Shown: piece after piece, positions 43,209 to 53,390 of the stretch
Position numbering within the stretch: position 1 is the first letter of the stretch
Layout: each line of letters starts with the position of its first letter
Assembly: GCA_910586385.1 (NCBI GenBank)
Contig: CAJUGX010000004.1
Location: 54,862 to 118,861 of the forward strand
DNA: 64,000 nt
Direction: 5' to 3'
Origin: an uncultured Christensenella sp.
Lineage (GTDB): Bacteria; Bacillota; Clostridia; Christensenellales; UBA1242
The notes under the pieces: model-generated
What the model was told of the DNA's origin: nothing
Database searches by the model: none
The model's input: only the letters and a program-made list of their open reading frames with translations
Program-made: the position numbers and the translations under genes

Positions 43209-45113
43209 TTAGCGACCGCCGCAGCCACCGCCGCCTCCACCTCCACCGGAAGAGCCACCTCCTCCACCGCCTCCGCCACCGGAGCCGCCAGAAGAAGATA
43301 TCCCTCCAACAGAACTTGAAATGGAGTGGCTTATTATGCCACACGTCCCATAAAACGAACCGTCTTCCACCCATTGTGGATACTCAAAGTGAAGAGCCTT
43401 GAATTTTTCCTCCATCTTTTTGGTGATGCCAAATATATAGCAATATGGCAGAATGTTATAGAAATAACTTGGATCTTCTTCAACCAGCATTTCAAGTTTG
43501 TCAAGTTCGGCTGTGAGCAAAAATTGCTTGAAGCCCAAAATCTGAGGACGAATCTCAAATTCTTCATCAGTGAAGTTTCCAAAACTTAGGAATCGATTTG
43601 CAAAATTTCCAACAAGCAAAACAACAACAATCATATAGATCAAACCGGCTGTGTCATAGTCAATAGGAAGCATTGTGGTTATCATCATCGCAAGAGGTGC
43701 ACCTGCAAATCCTCCGCACCAAATCAACTTGAACCAAAGCGGAATCGGAGTGTAAAAGAAAACCACAACCCCAATCGCCGCAGGAATCATAAGGATGAAA
43801 GAAGTGCTTGCGTAACTTCCAAACACGGTCACACCCCAACCAATATAGAAAAGAAGTGGCACAAATGTCAAAATCGCAATCACAAGTTGAAACTTCCAGT
43901 TCATTCGGGCTTTTTTCTCGCTTGGCTTATAGAGTTTTCGCACTGCTTTGCTAAGTCCAATATTTGACCTCATGCTTCTGCCAACTTTCACTTTCTCATC
44001 ACCATCAAAAAGTTCAAGAAAGAATTTTCTTTCATCCCCTTTTGAAGGCACTCCCTCAAGCCTTGTCAAAACAAGTTTTCTTTTTCCTCTGATTTCTATA
44101 TCAATATAACCTTTTGCCGCCCAACTTATGATGAGTGCAGCAAAATCTTTGCTTTTGATTCTCCCTCTGTATGCTGACGCAACTTCAAGAGCATTCATAT
44201 TTTTTGGTGGATAAAATTCTGGCACAATGACCATATTTTTTCGTTTTCTAAGTTTTGCAAACAAGAAAACTCCAACAATCGCCAAAAGAACAATTATCCA
44301 AACTGAAAGCACACCCCAAAACATGCTGTTTGGAGCATAATAAGTGTGGAAATATCCTTGCAGCAAAATCAACTGCATTGTAAGTCCTGTCTTTGTCCCA
44401 AGATAACCAAATTCACAACTTATGGTTGTATCCTCAATCGTGCAATTCAACGCTTCAATTCCAAGCCCCTGCATGTTGTTTGTTCTGAAAGTCAAAACAT
44501 CTTGCAATGATTGCCCCTCTGCCAAAAATTCATTTGGAAAAGTTATTCTCGCTGAGAAACTGTTCACTTGACTTCTGAAACCATAGTCCATAATATCAAA
44601 AGTGAAAGAGTCGAAATCTTTAATCAGGTCCTCGCCCATTTCGTAAAGATAGTGTATGACATAAACATGGCGTCCAGCACTTTTGAAATCTCCGTCCGCC
44701 CCAGTATTTATATAGAAATAATTCCCACTCTTTTCAACAAAGCTGTATTCTTTTTCGCCATCCAAAGTCACTTCCAAAAGTTTTAGGGAATTGACTGTCC
44801 TTTTGACATATTTCTTTCCTTTGTAAATGGTTGTAATTTTGTTTACCCTTGAAACATTTCGAGACAGCCCAAGGTTGATTCCAGATTTTGCAAATGTGAC
44901 AGTGATTGTCTCTGTTATGTCCAAAACCTTTTCTGGTGAAATGACGATTTCTTTGTCAACAGAGTTGTAAATGATGTTTGTGTCTTTGATTGAAGTTTCT
45001 GCACTCGCCATGCCAACACCACTTGGCAAAACAAAAGAAAGCCCGAGTGCCAGCATCATGAAGATGAACGCAATACAAACAAATCCGCATGATTTTGTGG
45101 AAACCTTTTTCAT
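43209..45113 (-). CDS. DUF2207 domain membrane protein with a Gly-rich C-terminal tail
   Basis: Signal/TM, a large extracellular domain, three TM helices, and a terminal SSGGSGGGGGGGGGSSGGGGGGGGCGGR tail typical of DUF2207. Start at ATG 45113. Confidence 0.78.
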   Translation of the reverse strand: MKKVSTKSCGFVCIAFIFMMLALGLSFVLPSGVGMASAETSIKDTNIIYNSVDKEIVISPEKVLDITETITVTFAKSGINLGLSRNVSRVNKITTIYKGKKYVKRTVNSLKLLEVTLDGEKEYSFVEKSGNYFYINTGADGDFKSAGRHVYVIHYLYEMGEDLIKDFDSFTFDIMDYGFRSQVNSFSARITFPNEFLAEGQSLQDVLTFRTNNMQGLGIEALNCTIEDTTISCEFGYLGTKTGLTMQLILLQGYFHTYYAPNSMFWGVLSVWIIVLLAIVGVFLFAKLRKRKNMVIVPEFYPPKNMNALEVASAYRGRIKSKDFAALIISWAAKGYIDIEIRGKRKLVLTRLEGVPSKGDERKFFLELFDGDEKVKVGRSMRSNIGLSKAVRKLYKPSEKKARMNWKFQLVIAILTFVPLLFYIGWGVTVFGSYASTSFILMIPAAIGVVVFFYTPIPLWFKLIWCGGFAGAPLAMMITTMLPIDYDTAGLIYMIVVVLLVGNFANRFLSFGNFTDEEFEIRPQILGFKQFLLTAELDKLEMLVEEDPSYFYNILPYCYIFGITKKMEEKFKALHFEYPQWVEDGSFYGTCGIISHSISSSVGGISSSGGSGGGGGGGGGSSGGGGGGGGCGGR

Positions 45114-45257
45114 TTTCAAATCTCCTATGATTTCATTATACAAGACAAGGAAACTTTTTTCAACAAATCCAACAATTTATTTGTGGCATATTCACCATAT
45201 TCTTGACAAAAATTTTTGATGTGTGTAAAATTGATTGCATCAAAAAGGAAGGAAATT

Positions 45258-46544
45258 ATGATTGATATAAATCTTATCAGAACAAACAAGGATCTTGTCA
45301 AAGCAAACATCAAAAAGAAGTTTCAAGATAGCAAACTTCCTCTTGTTGACGAAGTTGAAAAACTTGACAAAAAAGTGAGGACACTGAAAGTTGAAGGAGA
45401 CAATTTGCGTGCAAGCAGAAACACCCTCTCTTCACAAATTGGTGCTTTGATGAAAGAAAAGAAAATCGAAGAAGCAAACAAAATCAAAGAAGAGGTCAGA
45501 AAAAACAATGACCGCATCGCTGACATCGAAAAGGAAGTTGCTTCTCTTGACGAAAAAATCAGAAAAATCATGCTCACAATCCCAAACATCATTGATGACA
45601 GCGTACCAGTTGGAAAGGATGACAGCGAAAATGTTGAAATCCAAAAATATGGCGAGCCAAATGTCCCTGCCTTTGCAATCCCTTATCACGCAGATATTCT
45701 TGACAGTTTTTGCTCCCTTGACAAAGACAGTGCTGGCAGAACAAGTGGGAATGGCTTCTATTATCTCATGGGAGATGGCGCAAGACTTGTCAGTGCAATG
45801 ATAAGTTATGCTCGTGACTTCATGATTGACAAAGGCTTCACATACTGCATCCCACCATTTATGATTCGTGGCGATGTCGTAAACGGAGTTATGAGTTTTG
45901 CAGAAATGGATGCAATGATGTACAAGATTGAAGGCGAAGACCTCTATCTCATCGGCACAAGCGAACACTCAATGATTGGAAAGTTCAAAGGACAAATCAT
46001 CAATGAAAAATCTCTTCCAATCACCATGACATCATACAGCCCATGCTTCAGAAAAGAAGTTGGCGCGCACGGGATTGAAGAACGCGGTATTTACAGAGTT
46101 CATCAATTTGAAAAACAAGAGATGGTTGTGCTTTGCAAACCAGAAGAAAGCATGGATTGGTACAACAAGATGTGGTCGTTCTCAGTCGAACTTTTCAGAA
46201 GCCTCAACATCCCAGTCCGCACCCTCGAGTGCTGCAGTGGTGACCTTGCAGACCTCAAAGTTAAATCATGTGACATCGAAGCATGGAGCCCAAGACAACA
46301 AAAATATTTTGAAGTTTGCTCATGTTCGACTCTTGGAGATGCACAAGCAAGAAGACTTTCCATCCGTGCAAAGGGTGAAAACGGAACATATTATCTTCAC
46401 ACCCTCAACAACACAGTGCTTGCTTCAACAAGAGCACTCATTGCGCTTCTTGAAAACAACTTGCAAGAAGATGGCAGCGTGATTGTGCCAAAGCCACTTC
46501 AGATGTATATGGGTGGAAAAACAATAATCAAACCTACAAAATAA
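45258..46544 (+). CDS. serS: seryl-tRNA synthetase
   Basis: MIDINLIRTNKDLV... coiled-coil arm plus class II core (TSEHSMIG, FRKEVG...RVHQFEK). Start at ATG 45258. Confidence 0.95.
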   Translation: MIDINLIRTNKDLVKANIKKKFQDSKLPLVDEVEKLDKKVRTLKVEGDNLRASRNTLSSQIGALMKEKKIEEANKIKEEVRKNNDRIADIEKEVASLDEKIRKIMLTIPNIIDDSVPVGKDDSENVEIQKYGEPNVPAFAIPYHADILDSFCSLDKDSAGRTSGNGFYYLMGDGARLVSAMISYARDFMIDKGFTYCIPPFMIRGDVVNGVMSFAEMDAMMYKIEGEDLYLIGTSEHSMIGKFKGQIINEKSLPITMTSYSPCFRKEVGAHGIEERGIYRVHQFEKQEMVVLCKPEESMDWYNKMWSFSVELFRSLNIPVRTLECCSGDLADLKVKSCDIEAWSPRQQKYFEVCSCSTLGDAQARRLSIRAKGENGTYYLHTLNNTVLASTRALIALLENNLQEDGSVIVPKPLQMYMGGKTIIKPTK

Positions 46545-46579
46545 TTTCTTTTTGAAGTTTAATCATACATTTACAACAA

Positions 46580-46610
46580 AAAAACTGAGTTCGCACTCAG
46601 TTTTTTCTTT
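46580..46610. terminator. bidirectional rho-independent terminator
   Basis: actgagt / actcagt stem with A7 and T6 flanks. Confidence 0.7.
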
Positions 46611-46619
46611 TTTATTGAG

Positions 46620-47252
46620 TTATTTAAGGTCTTCAATGATTTTCTTTATCGCTTTGTTGTAACTCTCCTCATCAAGAATTCCAAGTTCTTTGAAGTGTTT
46701 CAGTTCTGCAATTTTTCCATCAATACTTTGATTGCTTGCTTTCACATTTACCTCTTGTGTTTGTGCAACAACAGGTGTAACAGGTGCTGCAACCTGAACA
46801 TTTACTTGCGCTGTCTGCCTTGGAGTAGTCGCACTTGGTTGAGTTTGTCCAACTGGTGCGACATCATTGAAATCTTTCAAACACAAAACTGCAATTTCAA
46901 GTCCAAATGTGATAAGTTGTCCTGCCAAGAATGAGAAAACAACCAATGCAATTCTTTGTCCGTCTCTCTTTTTGAGTGTCCCATCTGGATTCATAGGGTC
47001 TTTGACGAGATTGGCATTCAAAGCCAAATTTGTGATGCTGAATGCAAGCAAAAGAATTCCCATCACAAGCACTGGTGTTGCCCAAGCATATGAATAATAA
47101 GCATAATCATAGTAGTATTCTGAATAGCCTCCAATGTAAACACATCCCAAAATAAACATTGCAAGTGCGCCAATCATTTGGATTGATGAAAGCACAATTC
47201 CAAGGATGGTTGCACCTTTTTCAAGTCCTCTTTTTGTTTTGTTGTAAACCAT
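46620..47252 (-). CDS. membrane protein with a C-terminal SHOCT domain
   Basis: Four TM helices, a Pro/Thr/Val/Gln linker, then KIAELKHFKELGILDEESYNKAIKKII (SHOCT-like). Start at ATG 47252 (AAAGGAGAA upstream). Confidence 0.62.
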   Translation of the reverse strand: MVYNKTKRGLEKGATILGIVLSSIQMIGALAMFILGCVYIGGYSEYYYDYAYYSYAWATPVLVMGILLLAFSITNLALNANLVKDPMNPDGTLKKRDGQRIALVVFSFLAGQLITFGLEIAVLCLKDFNDVAPVGQTQPSATTPRQTAQVNVQVAAPVTPVVAQTQEVNVKASNQSIDGKIAELKHFKELGILDEESYNKAIKKIIEDLK

Positions 47253-47290
47253 ATTTTCTCCTTTTTTATCATAGAAAATTATACTTTTTT

Positions 47291-47299
47291 CCCCCCCCC
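47291..47299. repeat. C9 (G9 on the coding strand) homopolymer tract in the spacer upstream of a consensus TATAAT
   Basis: Minus strand reads TTGATTtttttgc-GGGGGGGGG-aaaaaag-TATAAT(47283-47278), 39 nt upstream of ATG 47252. Confidence 0.9.
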
Positions 47300-47397
47300 G
47301 CAAAAAAATCAAGCAATTTTGCAATTTTTTTGTCTATTTTGTCAAAAAGAAAAACAACCCGATTCGGATTGTTTTTTTAATAAATATACCTTTTGGT

Positions 47398-48363
47398 TTA
47401 CAAACTTACCAAAGCGTAATAGATGTCGTTTTCATCTCTTTTTATATAATCAGAAAGCGTCAAGTTGTCAACTCTGATTTTGCAAGAAGCGAGCACTTGC
47501 ACATATGAATATTTGTCCACATCAACATCTTTTTCTTCGTCATATTTGACATACTCACCGCTTTCAAGTTTTTTGAAGAAAACCTTGTTTCCACTCTTGT
47601 CAACCATGTCGCCATCAGCATCAATCTTCTGCTCAAACACGGCCGATTCCACAGCATACATAAGTCGGATTTTGTTTGAAAGTGCAAAGTCAATATTGCA
47701 AATTTCAAATGTTCTTCCAATGAATGTGTGGAGTGTGAGTGCGACATATTCCTTTTTTGTATAACCATCTTGATAATGCGACACTTCAATCTTCTCAAAC
47801 TTGGAACGTTGCTCGCCAAGACTTCGATTGTTCTTAACAAAATTGCTGTAGAGTTTTGTTATGTTTTGCTCTTCAACCTTCAAAAAATCACCAATCTTCA
47901 CATCTTCGTTTTTGATGGTAAGCCCCTCAAGCAAAATCGCATTGTCGTGTTTGCTTGAAAACTCGTCAATCTTCTTTAGCACTCGCAAATCTCTGTCACA
48001 AATCAAAAACTTATTTTCACAAGAAACCGCAAAAAGTTCTTCCCTTTCGCTTATGTGAATGACAAACTTATTTGGAAAAACTGTCTCAATGTTTTCAATT
48101 TTGATATAAGCAAAATTTTCGTTTTGGGAAACATATTTCTCAATTTTTTTGATTGACTTACTTTTCCCTTCAAAAAGCACACTAGCACCTTTCCTAAACT
48201 CTCCAGCTTTGATGATTTCCTCTTTTGAAACTGTCAGATTTTCAAGACTGGTCGAAAAAGAAACAGTGACTTTGGACAAAGCAAAGAGCGTCCAAAACAA
48301 AATCAACAGCACTGCGATAAATCCAAATACGACAGAAAGAGAGATGATAAGTTTTTTCTTCAA
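47398..48363 (-). CDS. ftsQ: FtsQ/DivIB-type cell division protein (putative)
   Basis: A single N-terminal TM plus a POTRA-like region (VSKEEIIKAGEFRKGASVL), positioned directly after murA in the dcw cluster. Confidence 0.55.
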   Translation of the reverse strand: MKKKLIISLSVVFGFIAVLLILFWTLFALSKVTVSFSTSLENLTVSKEEIIKAGEFRKGASVLFEGKSKSIKKIEKYVSQNENFAYIKIENIETVFPNKFVIHISEREELFAVSCENKFLICDRDLRVLKKIDEFSSKHDNAILLEGLTIKNEDVKIGDFLKVEEQNITKLYSNFVKNNRSLGEQRSKFEKIEVSHYQDGYTKKEYVALTLHTFIGRTFEICNIDFALSNKIRLMYAVESAVFEQKIDADGDMVDKSGNKVFFKKLESGEYVKYDEEKDVDVDKYSYVQVLASCKIRVDNLTLSDYIKRDENDIYYALVSL

Positions 48364-48365
48364 TC

Positions 48366-49619
48366 TTAAATCCTTTTTATGTCAGCCCCCAAAGACGAAT
48401 ATTTTTCTTCAATCCTCTCATATCCTCTGTCGATATAGTGCACATTTGAAATCGTGGTGTATCCTTCTGCCTTCATACCAGCAATGACAAGTGCTGCCCC
48501 TGCACGAAGATCAGATGCCGAGACGTCCGCTCCATAGAGTTTTTGCACTCCCGAGATGACCGCAGTCCTATCTTTGACCACAATGTTTGCACCCATCTTT
48601 CCAAGTTCTGGCACAAGCGAAAATCTGTTTTCGAAGATGTTTTCTGCCATCGTGCAAGCCCCCTCGCTGATACTCTGCAAAACCATCATCTGCGGTTGCA
48701 AATCAGTTGGGAAAAATGGATATGGAAGAGTTTGAATTTTGTCAATTGACAAAAGTCTTTTGTCTGCTCTCAACCTTATTTTATCATTATAAACATCAAT
48801 TTGGCAAGCAGTTTGCTTCAAAAATGAAAGTAGTGCTTCGTTGTGCCAAGCAAGTGCGTTGTGAACCGTCACATCTCCACCACAAGTGGCAGCAGCAAGC
48901 AGATATGTCCCACAGATGATTCGATCAGGCATCACCTCATACTCTCCGCCATGCAGCTTTTCAACACCGACAATCTCAATACAATCTGTGCCAGCACCAT
49001 GAATGTTTGCACCCATCTTGTTTAAGAAATTTTGCAAATCGACAATCTCAGGCTCTTTTGCTGCACCATAGATCTTTGTTGTCCCTTGCAGAAGGCTTGC
49101 ACACATCATCAGACTTTCAGTCGCACCCACACTCGGAAAGTCAAATACCACTTTGCCTGCCTTCATGTTTTCGGCATTGCAATAGATATAGCCATGTCTT
49201 TCAACGACTTTTACGCCAAGACTTTTGAAACCTCTGAGATGTATGTCGATTGGTCTTGCTCCAATCTTGCATCCCCCAGGAAAAGCAATGCTTGCCTTTC
49301 GAAATCTGCCAAGAAGTGCCCCAAGCATAAAAATAGACGCCCTCACCTTTTGCGTAAGGTCGTGTGTAATCTTTTGATTTTCAATTTTTTGTGTATCTAT
49401 GTAAAGTGTCGCCTCTTTTGCAAGTGATGAGACATTCATTGTTTTCAAGATTTCTCTCATGCACCTGACATCTGAAATGTCGACACAGTTTTTTATCTCT
49501 ATTTTTCCGTCACACAAAATCACTCCAGCAAGAATTGGCAAAATGGCATTCTTTGCTCCTTCAACGTTGACATCGCCAACAAGCCGTTTCCCACCGAATA
49601 TTTTCAGTTTGTTTTCCAT
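48366..49619 (-). CDS. murA: UDP-N-acetylglucosamine 1-carboxyvinyltransferase
   Basis: LKIFGGKRLVGDVNVEGAKNAILPILAG...FPGGCKIGARPID. Confidence 0.93.
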   Translation of the reverse strand: MENKLKIFGGKRLVGDVNVEGAKNAILPILAGVILCDGKIEIKNCVDISDVRCMREILKTMNVSSLAKEATLYIDTQKIENQKITHDLTQKVRASIFMLGALLGRFRKASIAFPGGCKIGARPIDIHLRGFKSLGVKVVERHGYIYCNAENMKAGKVVFDFPSVGATESLMMCASLLQGTTKIYGAAKEPEIVDLQNFLNKMGANIHGAGTDCIEIVGVEKLHGGEYEVMPDRIICGTYLLAAATCGGDVTVHNALAWHNEALLSFLKQTACQIDVYNDKIRLRADKRLLSIDKIQTLPYPFFPTDLQPQMMVLQSISEGACTMAENIFENRFSLVPELGKMGANIVVKDRTAVISGVQKLYGADVSASDLRAGAALVIAGMKAEGYTTISNVHYIDRGYERIEEKYSSLGADIKRI

Positions 49620-49667
49620 AAAAGCAGTATATGAAAATAATTTTTTCTTGCCACTCTTCGCTATGTT

Positions 49668-49940
49668 CTACACTTTGCCGTTTCCCTTGCCACCAAGATT
49701 GCGGATTTCTTGCACAAAATCTGACGCCTCTTTTGCAGTTGAGAAAAGGTATTTCTCATCCGAAGTAACCCAATATTCGTAACTCACTTTTTCGTCTTGG
49801 TCAATCCAAACGTCATAAGATATCGTCTCGCCATATCTGTCACTTTGACAACGAACTGTTGAAACCAATCCGCTTATAACTCTGCCATGTGAGTCTGTAT
49901 AGACTCTGTCTTTAACACCAAACTTTGTGTTGAAATGCAT
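49668..49940 (-). CDS. hypothetical 90-aa protein embedded in the dcw cluster
   Basis: ORF between ftsW and murA. No motif recognised. Confidence 0.45.
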   Translation of the reverse strand: MHFNTKFGVKDRVYTDSHGRVISGLVSTVRCQSDRYGETISYDVWIDQDEKVSYEYWVTSDEKYLFSTAKEASDFVQEIRNLGGKGNGKV

Positions 49941-50003
49941 AAAACACCTCTCTTATGTTGACATTGTATCTCAAAGAGAGGTGTTTGTCAAAAATTCTGA
50001 TTT

Positions 50004-51113
50004 TCACTTTTTTCGAGACTGCCTTGACACACTTATCGCCACACCAATCGCCGCCATAAAAACTGCAACTGAAGTTCCACCGCTTGAAATAAATGGAAGA
50101 GGAAGTCCAGTAGGAGGAATGCTCCCAGTGACAACCGCAATGTTGAGCATCGTCTGCACTGCAATCACAATTCCAATCCCGCAAGCAAGCAAACAGCCAA
50201 AACGATCTTTTGCACCGAGACCAATTTTGAAAAGGCAAACCACCAATGTGACATAAACACAAATCAGTGCAACTGCTCCGACAAGTCCAAGTTCTTCACC
50301 TATGATTGAGAAAATGAAATCTGACTCAGCAAAAGGGAGAAAGAGGTATTTTTGTCGGGAGTTGAAAAGTCCAACTCCAAACCATCCACCATTGCCAAGA
50401 CTGTAAAGCGACTGAATAAGTTGAAAACCTTCGCCTTGCGGTGACGCCCAAGGATTGAGGAACGCAAACAATCTTTTCATACGATATGGCTCTGCCAAAA
50501 TCAATACAGGCACAGCCATCGCTGCAAGTGATGAAAAAAGGATTGTGTGTTTTTTGTTCATTCCGCCAATGATAAGCATAAAGAGAGTGACAAGTCCAAG
50601 ACACATCGTCACACTCATACTCGGCTCAATGATGACAAGCACACAAAACACTCCAGCGACCGCAATCGGTGGCAAAAGTCCTTTGAAAGTTTTTATTTTG
50701 TCATGATACTCCGACAGATAATAGGCCAGAAAAAGCACCACTGCAAACTTGGTTATTTCTGATGGTTGGATAGATATTCCAAAAAAGTTTACCCAGCGGT
50801 TTGCCCCATAGCTCTGCACTCCAAATCCTGGCACAAAAACAAGTATCAAAAGCACGACACAAACTGCCAAAATCACATAACGAAACTTTTTCAAAATATG
50901 ATAATCAATGAAGGCGAAAAACACAAGAGCAGCAATGCCAAGCACGACCCCAAAAAGCTGCTTGAATAGGAAAAAATATTCGTTGCCATATCGATATGCG
51001 GCCGAATAACTGCTTGCGCAATAAACCATCAAACAACCAAATCCAACCAGGAAGAGCGTCAGGAGGACGGTGGCGATTTCACGCTTTGAAAATTTCGAAA
51101 TTTTCCACTTCAT
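50004..51113 (-). CDS. ftsW: FtsW/RodA/SpoVE family peptidoglycan glycosyltransferase
   Basis: 10-TM SEDS pattern (PSEITKFAVVLFLAYY, LPFISSGGTS). Confidence 0.9.
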   Translation of the reverse strand: MKWKISKFSKREIATVLLTLFLVGFGCLMVYCASSYSAAYRYGNEYFFLFKQLFGVVLGIAALVFFAFIDYHILKKFRYVILAVCVVLLILVFVPGFGVQSYGANRWVNFFGISIQPSEITKFAVVLFLAYYLSEYHDKIKTFKGLLPPIAVAGVFCVLVIIEPSMSVTMCLGLVTLFMLIIGGMNKKHTILFSSLAAMAVPVLILAEPYRMKRLFAFLNPWASPQGEGFQLIQSLYSLGNGGWFGVGLFNSRQKYLFLPFAESDFIFSIIGEELGLVGAVALICVYVTLVVCLFKIGLGAKDRFGCLLACGIGIVIAVQTMLNIAVVTGSIPPTGLPLPFISSGGTSVAVFMAAIGVAISVSRQSRKK

Positions 51114-52462
51114 TTCACGCTCCCAAGCACAAGGGTTTTGAATCTTTCTCCACGCTCTGCATAAGAAGAAAACTCATCAAAACTTGAGCACGCTGGCGAC
51201 AACAAAACATGGTCTCCGCTCTTTGCTTTTCCGATTGCATAAAGCACCGCCTCATCAAACTTTTCAAAGAGTGAGCAGTGATATCCAAATGAGACTGCAG
51301 AAGTGAAAATGTTGTTTCCTTCTTCGCCAAAGCACACAACTTCTTTCAAGTCATACCCCAGAGAAAAAATCTCTGCATAATCAATCTCTTTTCCTCTTCC
51401 ACCGACAAGGAGAATGATTCTCTCATTCTCAAACGCTGATACACACGCAACGACACTTGCAACGTTTGTTGCCTTGCTGTCATCAACAAAAGTGACGCCA
51501 TTGACGCTGCCAACAATCTCCATTCTGTGTCCAGCCACGGAGAAAGTTGAGACGGCATTTTTTATCGCTTCTGCACTCACTTTGAATGAAACACAAAGTG
51601 CAATTGCAGCGAGCACATTCTCAAGATTTTTCTCGCCTCTAAGTGGAATATCTGAAATGTCCAAAAGTTTCTTTTTTCCGTAAAAAATCTGTTCATTTTT
51701 CACAAAAACGCCCTTTTTTAGCACTTTTTTCGAAAAATAAAGCCTTTTTTTGTGTGCAGAGACGCCTCTTGCAACATCGTCATCAAGATTCAAAACAAGC
51801 GGATTATTTCGCCCCATATTCATTGCAATTTTCTCTTTTGTTTTCACATATTCCTCAAAACTTCCATGCCTGTCCAAGTGGTCTGGTTTTATGTTCAAAA
51901 TCGCAGCAGCATAAGGCTTGAAAAATCTGCTTGTCTCAAGTTGAAAGTTGCTTACTTCACACACAACCACGCTTTGCTTTGTTGTCTTTTCACAAACCGC
52001 AGAAAAAGGGAGTCCGATGTTTCCACACAAAAAAGTTGAAATCCCCGCCTCTTTCAAAATGCGATTTGCAAGCATGCTCACAGTTGTCTTTCCGTTTGTC
52101 CCAGTGACCGCAACAATTCTTCCTTTTGACAAAAGATAAGCAAAATCAAGTTCGGAAAAAACAGGGATTTTTCGCTGCTTGAAATTTTCCAAAAGAGTGT
52201 TTCCAATGACCTTGATGCCTGGACTCAAAACCACAAAATCAAACTGCTCGTCCATCGGATTTCTGACAAATCCAACATAGTCCCAAAACTTTGGATTCTC
52301 ATCATAAAAACTCACATGAGCCATATGCTTCTGCAAGATTTTTATCACTGCGCGACCACTGTCTCCAAGGCCATAAACCAACACTTTTTTGTTTCTTAAT
52401 TTCACTTTCTGCCCTCGAAATTTTTTAGATTCCGACGGCCAAAACCCCCGCAAGAACAGCAA
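51110..52462 (-). CDS. murD: UDP-N-acetylmuramoylalanine--D-glutamate ligase
   Basis: KVLVYGLGDSGRA, VTGTNGKTT. The real start may be GTG 52405, since the first ~19 codons overlap the mraY 3' end. Confidence 0.9.
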   Translation of the reverse strand: MLFLRGFWPSESKKFRGQKVKLRNKKVLVYGLGDSGRAVIKILQKHMAHVSFYDENPKFWDYVGFVRNPMDEQFDFVVLSPGIKVIGNTLLENFKQRKIPVFSELDFAYLLSKGRIVAVTGTNGKTTVSMLANRILKEAGISTFLCGNIGLPFSAVCEKTTKQSVVVCEVSNFQLETSRFFKPYAAAILNIKPDHLDRHGSFEEYVKTKEKIAMNMGRNNPLVLNLDDDVARGVSAHKKRLYFSKKVLKKGVFVKNEQIFYGKKKLLDISDIPLRGEKNLENVLAAIALCVSFKVSAEAIKNAVSTFSVAGHRMEIVGSVNGVTFVDDSKATNVASVVACVSAFENERIILLVGGRGKEIDYAEIFSLGYDLKEVVCFGEEGNNIFTSAVSFGYHCSLFEKFDEAVLYAIGKAKSGDHVLLSPACSSFDEFSSYAERGERFKTLVLGSVK

Positions 52463-53390
52463 GCGAAACAGCCATCGTTATTACTATATATACGATGACA
52501 ATTCTGTTTTCATGCACACCCTTTTGCTCAAAATGATGGTGGAGTGGTGCCATAAGAAACACCCTCTTTCTGGTGCGTTTGAAATGCAAAACTTGAATGA
52601 TATCTGACAGCGACGAAAGCACAAACATTATCCCCATAAGAGGGAGCAAAAGTTCGAGTCCGCTCAGCACAGCAATCACCGCAATAAATCCCCCAAGAGC
52701 CAGTGAGCCAGTGTCTCCCATAAAGATTTTTGCGGGATAACAATTTATCATCAAAAAGCCCAGAAGTGCTCCGCACATACCAAAACATTGAAGCGCCATG
52801 TTTTGCATTTCAATATTCCCAGTAAGAGCCAAAATCACACCAAACACAAAGATATAAACAAACGAAACTCCGCCCGCCAATCCATCAAGTCCGTCAGTCA
52901 GATTGACACTGTTTGTTGTGGCAACCATGACAAGGATTGAAAGAGGAATGACGCCCCAAGAAATGTCAAATGTCAGATTGAAGAGAGTCAAGCTTGTCCT
53001 TCCAGACATATAAAGATAGATTGACACAATGAGTGCAATGCCAACTTGTCCAATTATTTTTTGGTAAGGTCGAAGTCCCTCGTTGTGATGAAAATGCACT
53101 TTGACAAAATCATCCAAAAAGCCAAGCACACCATAGGCGATTGTCACCACAAGGGCAAACCACGCCAAAAAAGTCTGCTCTGAAAAGAGAAAACAAGTTG
53201 CAAAAAAGAGCGTAACCAAAAAAATTATTCCGCCCATTGTAGGTGTTCCTTCCTTGCTTGCATGCTTGTCCACATAATGCAAAATGCTTTGTGATGCTTT
53301 CATTTTTTTGCAAAACCAAAGCACCACAGGGGCTATCAAACTTGCAAAACACAAGCTCAACAGCCCGCACACGATATATTTAACAGCCAT
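52425..53390 (-). CDS. mraY: phospho-N-acetylmuramoyl-pentapeptide transferase
   Basis: KEGTPTMGGIIF, NLTDGLDGLA, GDTGSLALGG. Start at ATG 53390 (AAAGGAGAAAGG upstream). Confidence 0.93.
   Translation of the reverse strand: MAVKYIVCGLLSLCFASLIAPVVLWFCKKMKASQSILHYVDKHASKEGTPTMGGIIFLVTLFFATCFLFSEQTFLAWFALVVTIAYGVLGFLDDFVKVHFHHNEGLRPYQKIIGQVGIALIVSIYLYMSGRTSLTLFNLTFDISWGVIPLSILVMVATTNSVNLTDGLDGLAGGVSFVYIFVFGVILALTGNIEMQNMALQCFGMCGALLGFLMINCYPAKIFMGDTGSLALGGFIAVIAVLSGLELLLPLMGIMFVLSSLSDIIQVLHFKRTRKRVFLMAPLHHHFEQKGVHENRIVIVYIVITMAVSLAVLAGVLAVGI

Noticed and set aside
43209-43300. GC-rich GGN/GCC repetitive stretch, possibly a tandem repeat or VNTR
   Set aside because: It encodes the poly-Gly/Ser C-terminal tail characteristic of DUF2207 proteins. 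It is not a spacer-repeat array or a non-coding repeat.
45144-45257. Possible T-box leader upstream of serS
   Set aside because: The gap is only ~110 nt, and I could not find a T-box consensus (AANNNGGGTGGNACCGCG) or a specifier-loop/antiterminator arrangement.
45432-45968. 178-aa minus-strand ORF
   Set aside because: It is antisense to serS, which is unambiguous.
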